Assembly: GCF_000829235.1 (NCBI RefSeq)
Contig: NZ_AP012549.1
Coordinates: forward strand, 2,520,001 to 2,552,000
Reading direction: 5' to 3'
DNA from: a cyanobacterium endosymbiont of Epithemia turgida isolate EtSB Lake Yunoko
Lineage (GTDB): Bacteria; Cyanobacteriota; Cyanobacteriia; Cyanobacteriales; Microcystaceae
Length of the DNA stretch: 32,000 nt
Part shown: piece after piece, positions 21,605 through 30,996 of the stretch
Numbering within the stretch: the stretch's first letter is position 1
How the letters are laid out: each line of letters begins with the position of its first letter
Position numbers and translations under genes: made by a program
Notes under the pieces: model-generated
The model's database searches: none
What the model was told of the DNA's origin: nothing
Seen by the model: the letters and a program-made list of their open reading frames with translations, nothing else

Positions 21605-23317
21605 ATGCTACGACTAGAAAACATCAGTAAAATTTACCCAACTGCAGAAGTGCTAAAAAACGTTACTTGGGAACTCAACCCAGGAGAACGAATCGGGTTG
21701 GTGGGAGTAAATGGGGCGGGTAAATCTACCCAACTTAAGATTATCATGGGACAAGTGGAACCGACTTCTGGAGAAGTAGTGCGGACAGAAAACCTGAAAA
21801 TTGGCTATCTAACCCAAGAATTCGAGGTGGAACCAAGTCGTACTGTTCATGAAGAATTCTGGACTGCATTTGAACAAGCCAATCGAGTCTACCAAGAATT
21901 AATCAGAGTTCAACACCAGATGGAGGTTGCAGATACTGATAAATTAGATGAACTAATCCATAAACTAGATAAATTACAAAGAGAATTTGAAGCCCTTGAT
22001 GGTTATTTTCTCGATGCTGCTATTGCCAAAATATTACCGGAAATGGGCTTTAAGCTTGAAGATGGTGAGCGTTTAGTAAGTTCCTTTAGCTGTGGTTGGC
22101 AAATGCGGATGAGTTTAGGTAAAATACTCTTACAAGACCCTGATATTTTACTACTTGATGAACCAACAAACCATCTAGATTTAGAAACTATTGAATGGGT
22201 TGAAAAATATCTCAAAGGACTCAATCTTCCGATGGTAATTGTTTCCCATGAACGGGAATTTTTAGATTGTTTATGTACAAAAATTGTTGAAACAGAGCGT
22301 GGCGTTTCTAGCACTTATATTGGAAATTATTCTGATTATCTTCAACAAAAAGTTCTTAGTCGAGAGATTCAGGAGAATACGTATCAACGGCAACAGAAAG
22401 AAAGACAGAAACAACAAGGGTTTGTTGACCGTTTTCGAGCTAGTGCAACTCGTAGTACCCAAGCAAAAAGTCGTGAAAAACAACTTGAAAAAATGGAAGT
22501 TGTAGACGCTCCCATTGCTAATGTCAAAACCCTACGGTTTGAGTTTCCTCCAGCTCCTTCTAGTGGTCGTGAGGTCATTATCATTAAGGATTTAGTCCAT
22601 GGTTATGAAAATAATATTCTTTTCTTAGGGGCAAGTTTATTCGTAGAACGAGGTGATCGTATCGCCGTGCTCGGTCCTAATGGAGCTGGAAAATCAACTC
22701 TACTCCGCTTAATTACAAATCTAGAAAAAGCTGATGAGGGGGAAGTAAACCTAGGAAAATATAACGTTATTATAGGATATTTTGAGCAGAACCAAGCCGA
22801 AGTATTAGACTTAACTAAAACTGTCATAAACACGGTTCATGACGAGGTCCCCGACTGGACTAATACGAAGATTCGTTCTTTGTTAGGTCAATTTCTTTTT
22901 AGTGGAGAGACAGTGTTTAAGAAGGTTGAAGGGTTAAGTGGAGGAGAAAAAGCTCGACTTGCTTTACTTAAAATGTTGCTAAAACCTGCTAATTTATTAA
23001 TTCTTGATGAGCCCACTAATCACCTAGATATTCCAGCCAAAGAAATGCTTGAGGAAGCATTATCTAAATATGATGGAACAGTTTTATGTATATCTCATGA
23101 TCGCTATTTTATTTCTCGAGTCGCTAACAAAATTGTTGAAATTAGAGAAGGAGAATTAATAGTTTATCCAGGGGATTATCATTTTTATCTAGAGAAAAAA
23201 GAAGAAGAAAGACAAAAAGCAAAGATAGAGAAAATAGAAGACGAAAAAGCAGCTAAAGCAGCAGCAAAACGAGCTAAACAAAAAGACAAAGTTAAAGCCA
23301 AGAAAACCAAGATCTAA
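21605..23317 (+). CDS. ABC-F family ATPase (two nucleotide-binding domains, no transmembrane domain)
   Basis: 570-aa ORF with Walker A GVNGAGKS and GPNGAGKS and Walker B LLLDEPTNHLD and LILDEPTNHLD. The NBD2 signature LSGGEKARL is canonical; the NBD1 signature reads FSCGWQMR. It has an inter-domain linker and a K/E/A-rich C-terminal tail. Confidence 0.9.
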   Translation: MLRLENISKIYPTAEVLKNVTWELNPGERIGLVGVNGAGKSTQLKIIMGQVEPTSGEVVRTENLKIGYLTQEFEVEPSRTVHEEFWTAFEQANRVYQELIRVQHQMEVADTDKLDELIHKLDKLQREFEALDGYFLDAAIAKILPEMGFKLEDGERLVSSFSCGWQMRMSLGKILLQDPDILLLDEPTNHLDLETIEWVEKYLKGLNLPMVIVSHEREFLDCLCTKIVETERGVSSTYIGNYSDYLQQKVLSREIQENTYQRQQKERQKQQGFVDRFRASATRSTQAKSREKQLEKMEVVDAPIANVKTLRFEFPPAPSSGREVIIIKDLVHGYENNILFLGASLFVERGDRIAVLGPNGAGKSTLLRLITNLEKADEGEVNLGKYNVIIGYFEQNQAEVLDLTKTVINTVHDEVPDWTNTKIRSLLGQFLFSGETVFKKVEGLSGGEKARLALLKMLLKPANLLILDEPTNHLDIPAKEMLEEALSKYDGTVLCISHDRYFISRVANKIVEIREGELIVYPGDYHFYLEKKEEERQKAKIEKIEDEKAAKAAAKRAKQKDKVKAKKTKI

Positions 23318-24977
23318 TCTACAGTTCTGTTGAAGATTTCCGATTGAGGTTTTCTTTAACCTAACTTCGCGGAACAATAACATTTAATAAGACAGCTTCA
23401 GTCAATATAACTTCAAGCAATAAACGTAAGTTCAATAGGTAGTCATGAGAAAATAGGGAAGTAGTAGCTCTATGCTACAAAAGACAGTATTTATTTAGGT
23501 GTGGTGCTATGGATCTAAAACTTCGTCTAGATTAAGCTAACTCCAGGCAAAACAGATAACTGTACACTTATTACTGAGTTAATGTAAGGTTTGAGCAGCA
23601 ATTACTTAGAAACCAGGAAAGTCTTGCTCAAAACTTCAAACACTAGCTTACTTAATAGTAATACCATCAAGTTCTCTTGATAGAGAATGTTAGATTGAAC
23701 TCGAAAAAAACTTAATGAACAATTTCCGCTAAATAATTAACACGAATTAGTTTATAAAGTATAAAAAGACTAGTCACTATGCATCAGAAGCAGAGAGAAG
23801 CAATTTATGTAACAACCCGAGAGGTACAACATTATTAAACATTTAAATTTCGCGTAATTTACGATTGTTTTGCACACAAATTTCTAACCGTTTATAGCAA
23901 TAAGGATTTTTTAGATATAAAATAACAGGAAAAATTTATCGAGAGGTTTAGTTAGTCTGTTTTATAACTGTACTCCCGTGTATCTAAATCTAGAGTGGAA
24001 ATACAGGTAGGAAAAAGCAGCTAATTTCTTAATAGAGGAACAGGGGTAAGGATTTTTCGGTAATCAATAGTTATTCTGAAATACCAGAAACGGCTCATTG
24101 ATTTTTTAATCACTTTCATTGGGATAATATTCAGGAGTTTCTTTTCTTTACATTAGCCTTTAACACAGATAGTTATTCTTATGTTCATATTTTAATATTC
24201 TCTAACAGATCTGGGTAAATGAACTGGAATAAGTATAAAATAGAAAAGTAGTTAAATAAAGGACAATCACTAGATAGCAACTTGCATAAAAAATTAGTCA
24301 ACAAAACTAAAAAAGCAACACCTATCAAGGTTAATTCACAACTCAAAAGTTATTTCCATAAAAATAACAAAAGCATAACTATTATCTTCAGATACAAGAG
24401 AACATAAAATCAAGGAAATCGCAGATTGAGTGGTTTTATAAAAAAAATAATTATAGAAAAAATATTAAATATATTATTTAAAACGAAGAAAAATTTAAGA
24501 GTTAACCATTAGCAAATTAATTAAAATATGATTTATAAAAACATATGAAACAATCTCTAAAAATAAAGAGTAAAAACCCGATATTATAACTTGTCAAAAC
24601 GAGAAAACCCCATCAAAAATTCTGCGATTGATGTTGCTGTTCCGAGTTCATAGGAAGGTAAGACAAAGTATAAAAATATCTTTAAACATAGATTTTTACA
24701 GAAATAAAACAAAGACGTAGCTTTAAAACTATAATTGTTTTCGTTAAAAGTTCATCTTGCTCTAGTCCTATTCAGGTAACACTGAAAAAATAAAGAAACA
24801 AATGGTAGGAAATGTTACGCAATGGCAGTCGAACTAGGGACACAGCTCGTGTGATAATAAGTAAGTACGAAAACAGTAATTAACAAATTTTAAAAAAATA
24901 CTATTTACTATAAAAGTCAATTAACCTTTATTAAAAAATATTAATTCTGAATAATAATAAGTGCAAATTGAGTTGAG

Positions 24978-25009
24978 GTTATAATCTTAACAGGAGTTAA
25001 AATTATAAC
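24978..25009. repeat. hairpin inverted repeat (14-bp arms, one mismatch, 4-nt loop)
   Basis: gttataatcttaac / agga / gttaaaattataac. Confidence 0.75.
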
Positions 25010-25070
25010 TAGAGAATTTGAACCTATATAAAATACAAATTTATGTGAAGAATAAAAGTGATCAAAAAGA

Positions 25071-25104
25071 GATAATATATTCCCTGATAAGGGAATATAT
25101 TATC
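25071..25104. repeat. perfect hairpin inverted repeat (14-bp stem, 6-nt loop)
   Basis: gataatatattccc / tgataa / gggaatatattatc. Confidence 0.85.
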
Positions 25105-25209
25105 AGCAGAAGAAAGAATTAAGTCCTATTCTAAGGATAGATTAATAACTTATAGAAAAAAATATCTATAAATAGACACAAAAACGATAAGGAGAAAACT
25201 TAATAAATC

Positions 25210-25250
25210 GATGAGAAACATATATTGATTATCAATATATGTTTCTCATC
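25210..25250. repeat. perfect palindrome (20-bp arms, 1-nt centre)
   Basis: gatgagaaacatatattgat / t / atcaatatatgtttctcatc. It lies about 140 nt upstream of the miaA start. Confidence 0.9.
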
Positions 25251-25387
25251 CAAAGTGAAGTACCTCTTGAAGTTAATCACAATTTTATTGATGACAGCCT
25301 TGTAGCGAAGACCACCTAACACTCCTAATCATGCTTTCATGTTTGATAAAATATTATTAGATGCTAACAGGTTTATAGTAGTTTTTT

Positions 25388-26281
25388 ATGCAAACACGTT
25401 TAATTATTATCTGTGGTGCAACAGCTACAGGCAAGTCAGGGTTAGCTTGTCAATTAGCTCAACGCTTCAATTCCTTTATTATTAGTGCTGACTCGCGTCA
25501 AGTTTATCAAGAATTTGATATTGGAACAGCTAAACCAACTTTGGACCAACAAGCCTTAGTTCCCCATTATCTAATTGATGTCTGTGAACCAACACAAACA
25601 TTCACTCTAGCTCAATATCAAGAACAAGCACAATCGTTAATTAAGTTAGCTTCTCCTCTATCTTCCCTTTTCTTAGTAGGAGGGACAGGTTTGTACATCA
25701 AATCGATTGTACGAGGGTTGAAGATTCCTAGAGTGGCGCTTCAACCTCAATTACGATCACAATTTAATATTTTGGGTCAATCACAATGTTATACAATATT
25801 AAAGCAAGTTGATCCTATTGCTGCCAGTAAAATTCACCCAAATGATAAAGTAAGAACCATCCGTGCTTTGGAAGTATTTTACGTCACAGGGTACCCTATT
25901 TCTGAACAACAGGGGGAGAATCCACCTTCTTATCCTATCGTACAAATTGGGTTATATTGTGAGTCAAAATATTTGCAAAAACGAATTAAAAAACGAACTG
26001 AAGACATGGTTAGTATGGGGTTAGTTGAAGAAGTTGAAAAAATTACTCAAAAATACGGTTGGAATTTACCTTTATTAAATACCCTAGGATACTCAGAGAT
26101 AAAACAATATCTTCAGGGATATCTGTCCTTAGACGAAGCTAAAACAGCAATTGTTTTACACACCTGTCAATTTGCAAAACGTCAAAAAACTTGGTTTCGC
26201 GTTTATGGAGAAATTGAATGGTTTGATATAAATTCCCCCAGTTTTGTAGAAGAAGTTTGGTCTAGGTTAATCTCTCACTAA
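25388..26281 (+). CDS. miaA: tRNA dimethylallyltransferase
   Basis: 297-aa ORF with P-loop GATATGKS, then SADSRQVYQEFDIGTAKP and the IPP-transferase fold pattern (LVGGTGLY..., RTIRALEV). Confidence 0.92.
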   Translation: MQTRLIIICGATATGKSGLACQLAQRFNSFIISADSRQVYQEFDIGTAKPTLDQQALVPHYLIDVCEPTQTFTLAQYQEQAQSLIKLASPLSSLFLVGGTGLYIKSIVRGLKIPRVALQPQLRSQFNILGQSQCYTILKQVDPIAASKIHPNDKVRTIRALEVFYVTGYPISEQQGENPPSYPIVQIGLYCESKYLQKRIKKRTEDMVSMGLVEEVEKITQKYGWNLPLLNTLGYSEIKQYLQGYLSLDEAKTAIVLHTCQFAKRQKTWFRVYGEIEWFDINSPSFVEEVWSRLISH

Positions 26282-26349
26282 ATGAGAAAGATAAATAACA
26301 TATATATCATATTTTAGTCAGTTTCTAGAGATGATAGTGCGATGTTTAA

Positions 26350-27090
26350 AAATTAAATTATTATTTTTTTATAAATGCGAAAGAATATTTGATCTAAATC
26401 TAAATAATGAAATAACATTAATAGGGAGATAAACTTCAGGAATAGTTGTTTGATAAATTGATCAAGTAGTCAAAATTGTTCTAAATAATTAGTTTTATTT
26501 AATACCCAATAAGGCAATGGCAATAAAGAAAATAATACTGTGATAAATTCAATTTATTCGAACTCTCAAAGAAAGAAAACTATGACTGCATAGTCAAGTA
26601 TGTCTATTTTTTGCTTAAGATATTCTTCCTGCCACAGTCTATCCTTTACCTTATACTTCTCCATATGTCAAGATGACAGAAAATTTTAATATAGAGAAAA
26701 AAATCCACAGTATCCAGAAAAAATTATCACATTAAACTCGAAAAGAACGCCTTCAATTAGCGGTTTAAATGGCGGATAATCTATAGAGTTTTTTGTAATC
26801 AAATACAAGTAAATTATCTTTTAATTCTGTATATGCTTATGAAAACTAGATAGTTATAGTTGGAGTAGAGTTAGTTATAACAAAGAAGTTTTCACTATTT
26901 TAGTGATAATGATGATTTGAGTTGAAGTCTTGGTCTTCATAAATTACCTATTTTTTTTTAACCTCTATATAAGACTTTATATGAGTTTTTTAGATAAAAA
27001 AGTAAAATTTGAGCTGTTCTTCATATAAATAAATTTTAGCTTATTGTCTCCGACACCAACTTTACCATAAACTAATATAATATTCTTCCG
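26350..27090 (-). pseudogene. chlL: probable relic of chlL (light-independent protochlorophyllide reductase Fe protein; NifH/BchL family)
   Basis: One minus-strand frame with about 11 in-frame stops reads, in order: IILVYGKVGVG...NSSNFTFLSKKLI* ... KTKTSTQIIIITKIVK ... KIIYLY ... DYPPFKPLIEGVLFEFNVIIFSGYCGFFSLY* ... LDYAVIVFFL*EFE*IEFITV ... NYLEQF*LLDQFIKQ ... FISLLMLFHYLD. This is collinear with remembered ChlL: LAVYGKGGIGKSTTSCNIS.ALAKRGKKVLQ ... TFTLTGFLIPTIIDTLQEK ... DVIYKGY ... GGPP ... [33 protein letters not shown] ... [23 protein letters not shown] ... NYVCDYYLNIADQIL ... LFSLLSDFYLN. The spacing from P-loop to switch II is about 103 codons against about 108 in ChlL. The boundaries are approximate. 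Confidence 0.42.
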
Positions 27091-27306
27091 AAAAAAAATT
27101 AGAGCAATGATTTATCCTTTTTGTGTAAACTTATGTAAAGCAATTATTAACCGAATCTGGAATATGTCAAAACCTTTATACTAATTGGTGCAAGAAAGAT
27201 AGACTGTTCAGTAGAATCTGACTAGCTGTTTAAACCAAACCTATCTTCAAAGAGAGTAAACACTCACTATGAAGACATAAAATGTTTAACAAAGCATTAG
27301 AATGCT

Positions 27307-28251
27307 ATGACAGATTCGGTTCTTAAATCCAAAATAAAAGTTCCTGGCGACTGCTCTCAAGTCCAGAAACGGATGCGTTTTCTTATTTGGAAGATCGCCA
27401 TTGCTACTCTACTTTTGATGGCAGTGGGCAGTGCTACACGAGTAATGAATGCAGGTCTTGCCTGTCCTGACTGGCCGTTATGCTATGGTCAATTGGTTCC
27501 CAGTCAACAGATGAATCTACAAGTGTTCCTAGAATGGTTCCATCGTCTCGATGCCTCTCTCATTGGCTTAAGTACTCTTGTTCTTGTCGGACTCTCATGG
27601 TGGTTTCGCAAAGAACTCCCCAGATGGCTGCCTTGGGCATCGGTAAGTGCATTGGGGTTAATCGTCTTCCAAGGAGTTTTAGGAGGACTTACAGTGACCC
27701 AATTGCTACGGTTTGATATTGTCACAGCCCATCTTGGAACCGCCCTACTCTTCTTAGGAACCCTTATTGTTATTGCTGTGTGTCTTACACCCTATCAAGG
27801 AACCACCAACGCCAAAAAACTAAGTTGGGGAGCAACCATAGCCCTTACTTTAGTCTACCTACAATGTTTATTAGGAGCATTAGTGGGGTCTCGATGGGCG
27901 GTACATCAATGTTTTGGAGGTTCGCAACTATGTGCCGTGATGAATAGCCATATTATTGGTGTTTTTCCAGCTACTATTGCCACTCTCAGCGTTGTGTTTA
28001 TCTCTTGGCGTACCTCTGCCCTTCATCCCTGGTTACGAAAACTTGCTTGGGTTACTGGAGGCATTGTTGCCCTACAAATCTTATTAGGGGTTGCCACTTT
28101 CCGATTACATCTACAAGTAGAACCTTTAACTGTGGCTCACCATACCTGTGGTGCTGCTCTCTTTGGTACGTTAGTCGCCTTGACAACGTTAGCCATTCGC
28201 GATGTCAGAAGTTCCTCACTTCCCTGCGGTGCGACTGCACAGAAGTTATAA
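27307..28251 (+). CDS. ctaA: heme A synthase (COX15/CtaA family)
   Basis: 314-aa polytopic membrane ORF with CPDWPLCYG near TM1 and conserved His-containing helices (WFHRLDASL, IVTAHLGTALL, HIIGV, TVAHHTCGAAL). It lies directly upstream of ctaB. Confidence 0.85.
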   Translation: MTDSVLKSKIKVPGDCSQVQKRMRFLIWKIAIATLLLMAVGSATRVMNAGLACPDWPLCYGQLVPSQQMNLQVFLEWFHRLDASLIGLSTLVLVGLSWWFRKELPRWLPWASVSALGLIVFQGVLGGLTVTQLLRFDIVTAHLGTALLFLGTLIVIAVCLTPYQGTTNAKKLSWGATIALTLVYLQCLLGALVGSRWAVHQCFGGSQLCAVMNSHIIGVFPATIATLSVVFISWRTSALHPWLRKLAWVTGGIVALQILLGVATFRLHLQVEPLTVAHHTCGAALFGTLVALTTLAIRDVRSSSLPCGATAQKL

Positions 28252-28383
28252 GTTAGAAGTTAGAAGTTCAGAATTAAAACCTTTGACCGATTTAGGTTTC
28301 AAAAGAAATTCTGTTTTCATCAATGCTTCAAGAACAATAACTGACAAAAACTCAAGTAAATCAACAGAATTTGGTGTGTATTA

Positions 28384-29355
28384 ATGATTGGGACCGATGT
28401 TGCCCCCCGGAATGAAAACTGGCTACAAGTTGTAAAAAGCTATTATCAGCTGACCAAACCCCGTATTATTCCCCTATTATTGATCACCACTACCGCCGCC
28501 ATGTGGATTGCTGGTGGGGGCCGGGTGAATCTATTTACCTTATTTATCACCTTATTAGGGGGAACTCTTGCTGCGGCTTCAGCCCAGGTAATGAACTGCA
28601 TTTATGACCGTGATATTGATTATGAAATGTTACGGACTCGGGCCCGCCCTATCCCTTCCGGACGAGTACAGTCACGCCATGCCTTCATTTTTGCTGTCAT
28701 CCTTGCGATCTTTTCTTTTTGCCTTTTTGCCTTGTTTATCAACGTTTTTAGTGGCTTATTGGCTATGTCTGGCATTATTTTTTATATGCTAGTATATACC
28801 CACTTTCTTAAGCGCAATAGTACCCAAAATATTGTCATTGGTGGGGCAGCTGGTTCTATCCCTCCTCTGGTGGGTTGGGCGGCAGTGACAGGGGATTTAA
28901 GTTGGACCTCTTGGGTTTTATTTACCATCATTTTCCTGTGGACTCCTCCTCATTTCTGGGCGTTAGCGTTGATGCTCAAGGAAGATTATGCTCAGGTTAA
29001 TGTTCCTATGATGCCGGTGGTCGAAGGAGAAGAGTCTACAGTCCGTAAAATTTGGTGGTATACTCTGCTGGTTATTCCTTGCACTTTACTTTTGGTTTAT
29101 CCCCTAGGAGTATCTGGAATAATTTATGGTACGGTTGCAGTGGTTTTAGGAGTTAAATTTATCGAGAGAGCTTGGCGGTTAAAACAAGATCCCTTTAATC
29201 AAGAATTAGCGCGATCACTGTTTAAATTTTCCATCTTTTATTTAATGATTCTTTGCACAGGAATGGTTCTTGATAGTCTAACTGTGACTCATCAATTGGT
29301 TGCAACTGTCGGAGATAATTTAAAGATGTTGATTAATTTAATTTCCTTCGGATAA
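28384..29355 (+). CDS. ctaB: protoheme IX farnesyltransferase (heme O synthase)
   Basis: 323-aa UbiA-family ORF with YYQLTKPRIIPLLLITT, NCIYDRDIDYEMLRTRARPIPSGR and FLWTPPHFWALAL. Confidence 0.93.
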   Translation: MIGTDVAPRNENWLQVVKSYYQLTKPRIIPLLLITTTAAMWIAGGGRVNLFTLFITLLGGTLAAASAQVMNCIYDRDIDYEMLRTRARPIPSGRVQSRHAFIFAVILAIFSFCLFALFINVFSGLLAMSGIIFYMLVYTHFLKRNSTQNIVIGGAAGSIPPLVGWAAVTGDLSWTSWVLFTIIFLWTPPHFWALALMLKEDYAQVNVPMMPVVEGEESTVRKIWWYTLLVIPCTLLLVYPLGVSGIIYGTVAVVLGVKFIERAWRLKQDPFNQELARSLFKFSIFYLMILCTGMVLDSLTVTHQLVATVGDNLKMLINLISFG

Positions 29356-29369
29356 TTTAGAATTCTTCT

Positions 29370-29410
29370 GTCAGAATACCCTAGTCCTTCTCAGAGTAGG
29401 GTATTCTGAC
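29370..29410 (+). terminator. candidate intrinsic terminator of ctaB
   Basis: gtcagaatacccta / 13-nt loop / tagggtattctgac (14-bp perfect stem) starts 15 nt after the ctaB stop. A TTTTT run follows at 29421-29425, 10 nt after the stem. Confidence 0.45.
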
Positions 29411-29475
29411 CAGTTACTTATTTTTGTTGTAAGACCAGTTTCTATGCTAGAAGCAGTGTGTTCTGATTGTTGAAG

Positions 29476-29538
29476 GTCATTATTCTCATATGATCGTCAG
29501 TTCCTTCGTGTTGAAACTTAAATATTGAGAATAATGAC
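29476..29538. repeat. inverted repeat (13-bp arms, 37-nt spacer)
   Basis: gtcattattctca (29476-29488) pairs with tgagaataatgac (29526-29538). Confidence 0.75.
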
Positions 29539-29708
29539 AGTGCCCATGCATCTTATTGAATTTACGTTAATAAGTAATCTTCATGTTCTCTCAATTTCGA
29601 GATTATTACTATAGATACCATAAATGGTTAGATACCAGGAATGGTTTACGAGATACTTTAAATGCCCCATTTTAGCACTCTCCTAAACTTAGATATAATT
29701 TTTAAAAC

Positions 29709-29963
29709 TCATGACTTATAGCTATCTGAGTGTAAAATTGTCTCTATTTCTTTAAATTCAGCTAGACTTTTTTGCGCAGCTTCTTCATCTAAAATACTGA
29801 GAGCAAATCCTACATGAACAATCACATAATTACCCACTTCAACATTAGGAACATAAGCTAAGCTAACTTCTTTAATTACTCCACCAAAACTTACTCTTCC
29901 TTTTTTCATCAAAGGTTGATCACCAATGATACTAACAACTTTCCCTGGAACAGCTAAACACAT
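29709..29963 (-). CDS. hypC: [NiFe]-hydrogenase maturation chaperone HypC/HupF family
   Basis: 84-aa ORF with the diagnostic N-terminus MCLAVPGKV (Cys2) and the OB-fold pattern ...VSLAYVPNVEVGNYVIVHVGFALS. Confidence 0.9.
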   Translation of the reverse strand: MCLAVPGKVVSIIGDQPLMKKGRVSFGGVIKEVSLAYVPNVEVGNYVIVHVGFALSILDEEAAQKSLAEFKEIETILHSDSYKS

Positions 29964-30996
29964 TTTCTATTATCCTTTATAATAAAGAACTGCTCATTAA
30001 CAACCTTTAGGGTAAAACTATTCGGACTCTAAGCTATCAAAATCTTAAAAATTATTTATAAAGTAAATATTTATTTTTAAGAGAAAAAACTGTTTGCGAC
30101 TACAGTATGCTAACTGTTTTTTAACCGAGTTATCAATTTTTCTCTTAAATAAGGGAAAACCATCAATAAAAAATATAGATAAAGATAAAATTAGGCTTCG
30201 TTTTTAACTTAGATAAATAAAAGTTTCATTACTACAAAGGCAAGGATACTAGGCAGGGAAACTGAAACCACGGGAAAATAAGAAGCAGCTAGCTGGACAG
30301 GAAAATGTAATTTACATGCTGTTTTTTTTACAAATCTATAAGCCTAATACTATAATCATCCGGTGACAGATTAAGATTGCAACATCAAAAATGTTACTGA
30401 GAACTTTAGCTCAATGAGAAAATTATAAAGATTTTTTAAAATTATAAAGTAAGAAAAGTTAAAAAGAGCGGTACAGTGAATATACTTGGGGAAAGTTTAA
30501 CAACTTACATTGAAGTGAAGTATTGACATAAAAATGGACGTAGTTGGGCATACTGAAGATTCTCAAGTTGGTAACCTTGCCACTTCTCTTAATTCTTAAG
30601 GGGGGGGTCCTCGCGTTTATCAGAAATTTATCTGCCTATTGCTAAGGATTATCTTTTAAGCGTCGCGCGCAGGTTATAAATTAGTATGACCTATGGTTAT
30701 TTCCTCTATGGACCTTTTGCTTTGCTAGGTCCCTTATGAAACACGGAGATAGATAGTAAAGCAAGGTGATTAGCTGTTGTAAATATAGTAGCTATTTTGA
30801 CAATCTCTTTATCGATGTATGTTTTTTTTATTGGCAGTTGTGGAGGTGTATTTTTCGCTTATTTTCTTTACTAAACTTTTTATATTGATCTTGGACAAAC
30901 AATATTAGGTTAAGTCAATTACTGCAACATAAGGTATAAAATAACAATTCCTCATTAATTATTTATAAAACAATGCTAGCCAATACCAGATTTTAT

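Noticed and set aside
24590-24665. Minus-strand peptide FVLPSYELGTATSIAEFLMGFSRFDKL, plus other 30-50-codon open stretches in 23318-25387 and 13750-16135.
   Set aside because: They look protein-like and are probably relic fragments, but I could not assign them to any family from memory. They are left unannotated pending blastx.
26550-26565. gagttcgaataa on the minus strand, which resembles a tRNA T-loop (GGTTCGAATCC), and gtcgaac at about 24825.
   Set aside because: No acceptor or anticodon stems can be drawn around them. I found no tRNA, rRNA, tmRNA or SRP RNA signature anywhere in the window.
28202-28384. 60-aa ORF spanning the ctaA-ctaB intergenic region, and the small tandem agttaga-agttaga-agttcag at about 28250-28272.
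   Set aside because: The ORF overlaps the ctaA 3' end out of frame and has no recognisable features. The 7-bp repeat is too short to interpret.
29356-29708. A possible hypD remnant downstream of hypC (minus-strand fragments HLKYLVNHS... and KMHGHCHYSQYLSFNTKELTII against HypD MKY... and MEICGGQTHSI.KYG...EL).
   Set aside because: The matches are a few scattered residues. The gap (353 bp) is a third of a hypD gene. This is too weak to annotate.
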